Of a stretch of 64,000 nt of DNA, positions 1 to 24,478 are shown one piece after another (position 1 is the stretch's first letter; each line of letters starts with the position of its first letter). Origin of the DNA: Flaccisagitta enflata (lineage: Eukaryota). A model generated the notes under the pieces. That model was not told the DNA's origin. It did not search any database and saw nothing but the letters and a program-made list of their open reading frames with translations. The stretch covers positions 27,714,001-27,778,000 of the forward strand of contig OZ231126.1 in assembly GCA_965153355.1 (NCBI GenBank). The letters are read 5' to 3'. The position numbers and the translations under genes are program-made.

Positions 1-505
1 ATGAGCTAAAATGCTACAAAACACCCTCATTGATGAGCAGCTATGCTTGTAAACATGTTTTCATATATTTGCATGCTCAAAAAAACTCAAATACACTCCT
101 TTATTGATTCTATTCAAAATCATGAAAAATTGAAAGAAAATTCAATATGAATTTTTCGTAAATAAATCTTTAAAAATTCATAACGCAAAAAATATTTGCT
201 GTAGAGCATTCTGCTTGGCGCCAAATGAAAGAGAATTATCACATTTACTTACCCTATCAATTTCATTCGAGGGTGCAATCAGCCCTATGAGTTCCCCAAC
301 TTCCTCATCAGAAAATAAAAGCCCTGTTTCTCTTGAATATGTCAAAAAGTTGAAGACTGACTTTTTTCATGATTAAAAAAATCTCAGCGTGAGAAAAAAT
401 TTGCCAGCAAGCTATTTCAAGTCCCAACACATCATAAAACACTAAAAACATGGCCTGATGAGGGGACATTGATGCCTGACTTTATAGGGCTAACGGGGAC
501 AGTGT
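1..505. mobile_element. Fragment of a dispersed repeat / non-autonomous DNA transposon
   Basis: Positions 1-370 are homologous to the sequence at ~9700-9757 joined to 13241-13555 (GATGAGCAGCTATGC..., GGCGCCAAATGAAAGAGAATTATC...). Confidence 0.6.
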
Positions 506-1164
506 GTGTCACCACGAACAGAAAATTTATTATTTCCCTTACTGACTTAGATGTAGCAGGTGAACAGCGCGATTGTAGCGTAAATAAGAGAAATGCGGTT
601 TTTACAGTGTGATGATTTTATTTTGGTCGTAGAAATAAATTGTCGTGAAGAAAGCGAAGGAAATGAAAGGTTTAAAAACGTTAGAGACGCGATAGAAAGC
701 TCGAAACAAAAGTACTAATGTAAGAAAGCAAATGTCTACATAAATGTCAAGTCTTGAATGTAACTTGTAGCCCTTTTGCGTGGTTCAAGCTTGACGATAA
801 ACAACATCACAGATATTGAATAGCGAAAAATGAACGCCTACAGCTAAAAAAAAAATTTAAAGAGAAAAAAAAGACTAGAAAAAAAATCAGATGGGGCAAG
901 ATATATCTGTGTAATATTCGGCTAATAACAATACGGTTCCAGAGTTGATCAAGTGGCATGCGACGAGTGTCACAAATCAGCCTTTGATAACGTAACAAAC
1001 TCGTTCACGCACGAATAAGAAGATTCTTCGGTTCGAGAGATTATGGCACGGTTATCTTTGGTTTCTTTGAATGAAATAAAAACAACTGCGTAATCCGAGC
1101 GTTTCGACAGGCTTTTAAAGCTCACACATGCGTGTAACGAAGCAAAACAAATGAAGCGCGAGCT

Positions 1165-4027
1165 TCATCCTTGAGCGCACATTCCTTCCCAAAGCATCGA
1201 GTCTTGAAAATGAACGAATTTGCCCTTTCTCGCGTCCATTGCGGCCTTTTCTAGACATTTCAAAGTCTTGACGTTCGTGTCCCAGAATGTGGCGGAGTGG
1301 TATGTCCGACCGTACTTGCCGCAGAAAGCCTCCACTCGCTCCCTCAGATCGCGCAAGCGATGGCGCGGCACGCGAGGGAATATGTGATGAGCTGGATACA
1401 AAGGAACAGATGAAAACGATTGATGAAATAGGCTTAAGGGAAACTTGGAGTGTTGTAATATGGCAGGTCGCAGGTGCATATCAAGATGTACGCTAGAATT
1501 ACAAATGTATTGGCATTATTCCCCAACCTGTTTGGAACTGAAGTCCGCCGTGAAACCAATCCATCCAGCGAGGACAATCGATATCGATGCAAGTTCGGAG
1601 CTGGTGGAGGAAATTATTGAAAAAATATAAGATTATTAAATCACTATCTCCGGTGAGGTTATCCTAAAAAAATCACTCACTTCGTTTCCATTCCATGTTT
1701 CATACCTGCGTGTCGAAAAATTGTTCATCGTCGTTTTTGTAAGTGATGTCCTCGAAAATCTCCATGGAAAAGTGGGAAAGGCAAATCTGCAAGAAGAATG
1801 ACAGAATCGGTGATTGGAGATCTTGCGCTTGTCGTATGTCGAAACCATTCTGACTTAACGTACCTGGACATGGAGAATACCAGCGATGGCGTGAGACAAG
1901 AGAAGGCATGAGATCAGCAATTTCCAAGTGAGACAGTGACTAAGCATCCACGAGACCCAACTCCAGTAGATGATGACACCGGCGATCTACAAAGAGTGAA
2001 GGATATGACACGTGAATGATTTTCTGTTCCCCGTGATTTGTGCAACTTCAATTATGTTTGCCCGATGGCCCTTTGAACAAACTTGCCTCGAGTTTTTTCC
2101 ACTCGGCGGTGTTTTTAATGAGAATGAGGATGTAGCCTTGAGCGTAAAGGTTGAATCTGATAAAGAGAGAATGAACTGATTATCTCGCCATTTTTATGAG
2201 CAGTAACTTTTTTTTAAATTTTCCGATCCTCGCATCTTTCTGAACAATGAAGCACCAATGATGGTCTCATTGATTCTCTGATTCGCTCTGCATTTGTGGC
2301 CATCGTGTTGCCTGCAGGCTATTTCGTATCCCCCCCCTTCCTCATTCTACCGTGGTAGATTTTTTACCTTAAATGGAAAACATGAGGACCCATCGTTGCC
2401 CTGTTATGAGATTTTATCGACAGACGTGGGTTGATAGACTTTGGTTCTAGCCATGCACGTGTTCGCTGCGCTGAGGTAAAAATTGTCAAATACCTGGCTA
2501 AAGCCATGACTGGATAGAAAAGGTAGTGTTGGTAGCCCACGAGGAATTTAGCGATGGGGTCGAAAGTGAGGACCCTGTTGTGGTACGTGCTCCACACGGA
2601 ATTGAAAAACTTGTTGGTGACGGCGAAAACCGGTAAATGTTGGATGTCTGGATCCGATTTGTACGCGTTGGGCACACTGTTAATAAGTGATTTGTAAACC
2701 AATATTTAAAATCACAGAATCCAAATCTTAGAAATTTCATGAACAATAGGATTCAATGAACCAGATTTAATGAACCATTAATGTGCTCAGTCCCAAACGT
2801 AATTACCTGTGATGGACATTGTGTGAATCTTTCCACCACGCCATTGAGATTCCAGTCATGCAATTCCCAACCATGACTCCATACATGGAGTCCAGGAATC
2901 TGTTGTGGAAAATGCAGGAATGGCCCGCGTCGTGGCCGAGGAATGCGGTTTGTTGAAGGTAAAGACCGTACATGATCGAACCAAATATCTGTGTAGAAGT
3001 TGTGGAAAGAATGGAATCAATTTGGTCTTTCCTCAGTTTTGGTGTGAAAATTGAAATGGTAAATTCTACAAGACCTCGATTACCCTACCTGAATCCATTC
3101 GTTCTGCATGGCTCTGCCTTTCAAGAAAAGGAAGATAGTCACAGCCAACAGGCAGTAAGATACCGCAGTTTTCATGATGTACCAGGAATAACTCGTTTCA
3201 AAGAAACCCTCGTCTTCAATCTCTTTTTGGAATTCTCTGCATGCTTGGACGTATTCAGACGTTTCTCGCTCTTTAATCTCGCCAATCTGGAGAAATCAGA
3301 GTTAAGCCCGAGTCAATATGTTGCTTATTTGGCTAATGCTGACCGTCTTTATGCGTGTCAGAGCCTAATGACAAACAAAGGCTAAACATGTAGATATGAC
3401 TTGTTAAGAAGAGAGTAAAAACTGTGCTTCTAAGAATACTATATGGATGACTTGGCACACCGATCTTGCGGAGATCGTATACATATGTAAACTTATCATG
3501 TTGACGGTTTACTTAAAACCGTATCAATTAATAAGTCACCTTCATGGTCTTGAGGTATTTAAAGGCAGAAGCTGGATGCATCTGCGTCATCAAATCGGTG
3601 GCGTCTCTTCCACCCAAACTGAGGATCACCGTCTTTCCACCTGACAAAAAAATGGGATAACAAAGGATTGTTTAATTTTGCAACTAAGTCTTTATTGAAT
3701 TTAGCAGAATACCAGCATTGCCTCACATCGTGATATTTTCTCTCTCTCTCTCTTACCTGGATGTCTGGGGATCCATTTTGTGACGTTGTAAACTGATCCG
3801 TCGACGATGAGCCAGCAATCGTCTTCTTTGTCGTGTTGCAGCACTTCTTCCGCCGTGTAATAAAACTGATCACGTGACTGACGCTGCGGAATCGCTTTCC
3901 GGTTTCTTGTAGACGTCACTTCATTAATTTCTTTGGCGCCGTCGTTGGGGACAACTTCCGTTTGGAGCTGGCTTCCTTGCAATAATTTTCCCGTGTTGTC
4001 CAAGTGGTCTAATGATGGCGGCGCCAT
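1165..4027 (-). CDS. Cytochrome b5-fusion desaturase of Delta-8 sphingolipid desaturase (SLD) type, 10 coding exons, ~502 aa
   Basis: Exons (minus): 4027-3757, 3640-3540, 3286-3089, 2988-2807, 2676-2494, 2156-2087, 1986-1864, 1786-1706, 1600-1528, 1391-1165. They total 1509 nt and all phases are compatible. Motifs: cytochrome b5 HPGG, His boxes HDAGH, HNVHH and QTAHH, plus DPDIQHLP, ARFNLYAQ, LHVQICLSHF and WMDWFHGGLQFQ. One intron (2086-1987) needs a GC donor. Probable 5'UTR intron at 4107-4035. Confidence 0.9.
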
Positions 4028-5417
4028 TACTAATCTGAAATGTAACGCAACGGAGAACGAGAATGAAATGAATGAATGAATTCGTTTGGAGCCACGGTGA
4101 ATCATACATATTTCTGTTTTGTTGTTGGGCCAAGCTGGCCGTTTTTCACGTCAGTACATTTCAAACTGAGAAAACACGCAATCGAACGATTTCTTTCATA
4201 ACAATAAAAGACGAGAGAAAAAAGAACGTAAAAAAGATCCCGACAATTTTTGAAAGCGAATAAAAAAAGCATTTTATAATAAAAAAATTGAAGAAGAATA
4301 AAAGCGTAAAAAACTGACAGGGTGTAGTCGTTCTCGCCCACCGTCCCTCGGTCGGGTGTGTCAATATGCAAAACATTAATCCCTGAGAGTATAACGCCCG
4401 GGCATCATGAGGTTACTCATTTAAATGCCTTCACCGTTTTTCTTATTTCAAATTTCGGTCATCATCCGTTTTTTCCAAAATCCCTGTTTTGCCCCTCATT
4501 TGCATAACGTTGTAATCACATTATCAACTTTTCATCCTTTGCCTTGTATAGTGGGGCATTCGAATCACTTTAAAATTCTGCCATCCTCTTTAAAGCTTCA
4601 CAGAGAAGTGTATTAGTTAATTGTATTAATTTCAATGAAATAGTAAAATAGTCTTTTTTGGGTAACAAATTTGTTTCTTGGAGAACGAGAGTGCAGACAT
4701 TGCTTTAGATTTCGATCGCGAAAAAAAACGGTTGCCTATGGAAATTTGGAAAAAGGAAAACGGTGATCGTTTTTGAATCGACAGCCCCATCTTGTGTCAG
4801 CGTTATGGTCTTAAATTCAGTCATCACCCGTATTTGACACACCTGAGTCCCTCGGTGTCCGTCTCCCAGCCAGCTGAGATTGTCTGGGTGCATGTGAGTG
4901 AATCGCGCGATATATTCTTTCTTTCTGCACTTCCTCCATTATTTCTCTTCTTCCTCCACACACACATAATCTCTTTTCTTCTTCCTCCACCGACTCTTCT
5001 CTCCACCCTCGTGCTACACAAAACCTTGCATTTGGGAACAAGCCGGTCGAATAAGATGCGGATTGGTTAACTCAGAGAAAAAGGATATGAAAAAGGCTCT
5101 GATTGGTCCACGGTAAATTTCGTTCTCAAATCGTCTATCCTTTTGTCTTTCCTTTTTCAGAAGTAAAGGGAGGAAGGCAAAGTGCAATAATTACCTTGGG
5201 CAATCTTTGGATACTGTCGTGGGTGCTTTGAGAGAAAATGTCACTCAAGACGCTGTGTGTTATTTCCACGACAGTATCGGACAAAACGTTGAGCTGTGAT
5301 CGCTGATTCAAATGCACTTTTTTTTTGTCCTCGACATACAGATTACGCCGAGGACTATGAGGGTTGTCACACCTTACTACACTACAGAATTTATGCGTGT
5401 ACCTAAGGGGGAAATTT

Positions 5418-5425
<8 letters not shown>

Positions 5426-5500
<75 letters not shown>
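5426..5500. repeat. (CT)n microsatellite
   Basis: Read directly from the sequence. Confidence 0.95.
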
Positions 5501-5501
<1 letters not shown>

Positions 5502-7035
5502 AAAGAGCAAAAAAAATTTTTTTTGGAAAGTTTTATTGGATATTTTTAGAAATTTTTTTTTTCAAAAAGAATTTTTTTTTTTTCGAAAAAAAAGTTTTCA
5601 TTTTAGAATTTTTTTTTACTTTCATCCATTCACCCTAATTTTTTGAGCTTTTAAGAATAAAATAATTGTTTTTTTTTCCTATCTTAGGTCTTTGTATTTC
5701 TTCATTGGATACTTCAATTATAGAAGTTACTGACCGACGGACCGACACGTTAAGTTATAGTCGCGTGTTCGCGACAAAAAGTGTAGCCTTAAAAGCTGAA
5801 ATGTGAATGTTCGACATCGAATGTTTTTTCGAGAGCTCAAGGAAAAGAATAGCTGGAATTGGGAGAGAAAAGTTTGAAAAATGGAGCTTTGTAGTTAAGA
5901 AGTTATTCTGTACTGAAACTGAAAGACAAAAAGTCGAACTTATTCTGGGATATAGTATGATGAAGCTAAGTGGTACTGTTACTACTGTAGGTCTCCTTTT
6001 AACATAGATAAAAGGGGCGTGCATACTGCATAACAAGTGATGACTTATAAATGCTATAAGATAGAATTAAATTTTGTCCGCAATTGTTAGTGAGTACTAT
6101 GGATGCACTTTATTTTAGCTATGGTCAAACGGAAATTGTGTGATGAAACTACAGAATAGAAATGCATTGGCACAGGTTTGAATGATGTTCTCGGTAGTTT
6201 TTTTTTATTGTTCTTGTTTATTACCAATGAATTAAGTCAATTTAGTTTATTATGATAGTGAAGTAAATTGTATAATTTAAACTGATAAAACAATCTTCGT
6301 TGATAGCGTTATGTCTAAGGACCTCGAGTCCACAGATTTAATAAAGAACATGCGTTGCTCTTTAGTCTCGCGCACGGTAAAGTTTTTTGCACTAATCTGA
6401 ATTTCACCTTTGCCCCCTTTTGGCGGAGAGCCCCAGAGAGAAATTAGTCATGACTCCTAAAGACACGTCCAATCACTCTGTGCACGCGACTCTAAACTTA
6501 GCTTTGTAGGTCCCTTCGTCAGTCTGTTGGCCTATTGTTCACATGGTTTTTTGACTAAGGTGGTTTTGCGTCTCAGGACCTACCCAAATAAGAACTCTCA
6601 GACCTCATTGCTCCTGCCCATTCACACATGTGGGATAGCCGTGTATCCGGCCTTTTTCAATCTCATTACAAACTCTTCATAAACTGAGAGCTAAAAAAGA
6701 GATTTGAGTATGCGTGGAGACAGAGGCACTTAAAATTGGGCGTTTGACATGAACCCCTTTTCGACCGCGATTGGGCTAGACTTATTTGGACCGAGGAATT
6801 TTCTGTTGATAAAATGGACCAAAGGCAGGACATTTTTAAGGTCATTAGCTATAAACATTGAACAAGGTCACTAACGACTCATTAGTTAGTCCGATCAAGC
6901 CATGAACATTTTGTCCATGTTCTCAACCGCTACTGGAGATTGCATATAAATGTGCCCTTTAACTACTGTTTGAAGCAAACATGTCTCTGTAACTACGATG
7001 ATCTAAACAACTCGATTTTTTCCTCCCCTTTTCAG

Positions 7036-21158
<14,123 letters not shown>

Positions 21159-23665
21159 GGCCCACAATCGTCGTTATAGAAGAAGTATATCCTAGGAAAC
21201 CTCATTACTGCCAACGATGATCATACACGCATTAAGCCCCTCCCCCTTCCTCCTAGGGAGAGTGATAAGGGGTAGCGAAAATAACTTGCTACAGATTTCC
21301 ACACAAAGAAAGCTCGAGCAAATTGTTTTTTTCGCCACCCATTCATGGTAACATTCGATATGTGCGGAAACTCGATTTCGATAGTGACTTGAATTGTCCA
21401 TAACTCGGATTTTCGAATTTTCCATCTCTCTCCCCCCCCCCTTTTTTTTTTTTCTCCCTCCCATTTTTCGGTCAACTTCTATGTCAGAAACTTTTTTTTC
21501 TCGAACCCGCGTGGTTTTCTTACTTTGAAAAGATGTTCTTCTTTGTAAATCCTGCATCGTATTCTTCCCCCGCTTGAAAATGAACGACTATACATTCTTT
21601 CTTCAAAATGTCTCATTTACATGTCGCCCTTGTTTTTGATTCCTCTTCCACCCATCTGAAATATCGCCGCAAACCGGTTGAAGAAGCAGCAAGATGTGTG
21701 CCGTACATCGATCCAGTTCTTTCTCTTACCGTCCCTTTATCAACATCCTTCTCTTCCGCCTCCTATCCCACCCGTATCGTCCCCCTTTCCCGCTGGTGTT
21801 CCCTACGCCCTGTCCAACTTTTTCCCATGTTCAAAGCGTCAAGTCCATTCATACTAACTCGCTGTGAAGGAGTCTTCTTTTTTTTAACGTCCATGGTGAT
21901 AAGACCCTAGTTAAAAATATCAGTCTTAGCCGTAAGCTTTTGTATTTATTGTGGAATTTTGAAGTTGGTGTACAGAGACGTATACTTAAAAGTATAGACA
22001 ACTTTTTCTCTCGAAAGTGCTTAAATATTATGAATATCAACCATACATTTCTTGCAACCGGGCCCTAACTGGAATTGTAGTATTACTGTACAAACGCGAA
22101 CGTTGTATGGTTTGTGAATTTTTTGTTTTTTCAAGTTTAGTCTAGATCGAGGCTTACCGAATATATTTCTTTCTTTTTTTAAACGACTTCAGTTTTGGAA
22201 TTTTCCATTTCTTTTTTTGCTCATTTACACACATACAAGAAAAAGAACAAATCGACAGCTTCTTAATAAGTCGTAAAATACCGTAATGTTAATGATAAGA
22301 GAGACACGATTTCTCCTCGGCCGTTTTGCTGATGCCTCGTTTTGACTTAGTGCATTGGCTGTAGATGGAGTCTTTCAAGAGGGGGCTAAAGCGGTTGAAG
22401 CGTACATTTCCGTTCAATATCCTTCCAACAAATAGGATTGAACCGCATTTTGTTAAGAAATAACATGCATAATCGAAGAAAAATACGGCAAGAACTAATT
22501 TGGACAGAATTATCTATTTTAGTTATATGGAAATGAACGCTTTTACCGCAAGTTATGTTTTTACTTTTACTGCCATTCAGTTTAGTGAATCCTCGACGTG
22601 TTGAGGCTTCACTTTTTAGCATGCCACAGTTCACAAGTTTCGATATTGATGTATTGCGTCATGAAAGTCTAACCGCAGTATCAGTTTTTTAATGGTTTTT
22701 GATTGCATTGTATAGGAACTGCGACAAGTCCGGAGATTTATACATTCTTATGAAGATATTTAGATATTTCAAAGTTCGATTATTAAGATTTAAGCGGAAA
22801 CGTCCACCATTCCGTGAATTTGAAATGAATTTATCGAGAATCGAGCAATGAATTCATCGAGAATCGAGCAACCGAATGCTGTCTATCTCCGATGCTCTAG
22901 ATGATGAAGTCCTCACTGAAACCCCTATCAGGTTGTTCTTAGGAAAAAAATATTCTATGGTGAAATATGAGTGGCAGTAGATTTTGCAAACTCGTATCCG
23001 ACAACTCAATTAAGATAACTAGATAGATTCGGATACGCCACTTTCGAACAGGAGCCAACCCACGTTATCCAAAGTCAAGTGATACAATCCAAGCTCAGAT
23101 CACTTTTAGCTTGCTTAAATCCGGGACATATCGGAAGTAAAGCATATCCAGTACTTAATATTATCAGATATGAGTGCTTGTAATAATAGCTAAAATAGTT
23201 ATAATAAAGTGGGTTCAATCTTTGATTCTTACTATTTTCTTAAGAGCTCTTTTAAGCTTTTTTAATGATTGTAATTTATATCCCATAAAATTAATTTCTG
23301 TATTGTTCATGATAAAAATTTCGTGTTTTAGACAAATTTGAGGATATTTTGCGTTGTATGCGGGTAGTGCCTTCTTGTTTGTTAGTCAGATGATTGTTGA
23401 TATTGGCAGATATTGTTAAATATTTCTATCTTTTTTAGTCATTTTTGTCACTTAGTATTATGTTTTGTAATATAGTGCAAATAATGCGGTGATAGGTTTG
23501 TACGAAAAAGAAAGTCTTTAGTTTCAGAGTGGGTATTTTAGGTTGGATAATAGACCGCTTTTTGTGAAGGCCTACTTTACTTCGAAATTTTATGTCACGC
23601 ATATTCTTTTTTAGCCAAATTAGCAAGTATGTAATGATGATATTATCTTACGAGTAGTGATAAGT

Positions 23666-23740
23666 AAATATGAGCAATAACTACAGATGCAAATATGAGC
23701 AATAACTACAGATGCAAATATGAGCAATAACTGCAGATGC
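23666..23740. repeat. 25-bp tandem triplication
   Basis: AAATATGAGCAATAACT(A/G)CAGATGC x3. Confidence 0.9.
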
Positions 23741-24478
23741 AAGATGTTATTCAATATCCGGAAAAACAAAAAGCAGTCGTTCAAAGCTATCCTTTTTACC
23801 TCGACCTCGCTAGATGTCTGGAAATAATCGGCGCAACAACACCCGGCCTTTCGTGTTGCATCAGCTCATCATGTTGTACATGTGATGGTTAAGGCCCATC
23901 GTATTTCTTGTGTTTCTACAAATTATGAAGGTTTTATCAGCTTGAAATGGTCGGTCAGTCAAGTGATACCCTGTGTCCCTATCATGCCCACATATATCTT
24001 CGTCTATTTCTAAATCTGTACGTTACCGCCTAAAAGATCAAATTGCCCACCACGTGGGCCTTTTAGAACCCGCTTTCATCGTCTCATTTCGTTTCACGTC
24101 ACTATACAAAAAAATTAGCTTTTTCCTCAACGATCTTTATGAAATTCCTTCACTTGGCTCACTTGTAAATCTAGTGCCATGACTGATATGTACTGATCCG
24201 AAATCTTCATTCGACCCCGAATACTCCTCATCCTTTATATGTCATTGAATTCATGACAGCACTTTTTAACGCTCAATCGGTTAAAAATTTTATCCTTTCA
24301 CAATTACAGTTATATCGCGTCAAGACGGATTTTAAACGTTTCACACATCCTAAATTATACTCTTCCGGTCTCGAGTGCATACGTACTGCTAGTACCTGTG
24401 ATAAAAGCCAACTTGGAAGAACTCTTAGACATTGAAGTCAATCCATCCCAATCAACGTCTTTATCTCTCGTCTCGGCC

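Noticed and set aside
2972-3385. 137-aa plus-strand ORF
   Set aside because: It is an antisense shadow of desaturase exons 3-4 and has no recognisable motif.
22893-22943. Hammerhead-ribozyme-like or C/D-box-like motif ATGATGA-AGT-CCTC-ACT-GAAAC
   Set aside because: The essential C3 of CUGANGA is A, and stems I and III pair poorly. No properly spaced terminal D box is present. An Infernal search against hammerhead and snoRNA models would settle it.
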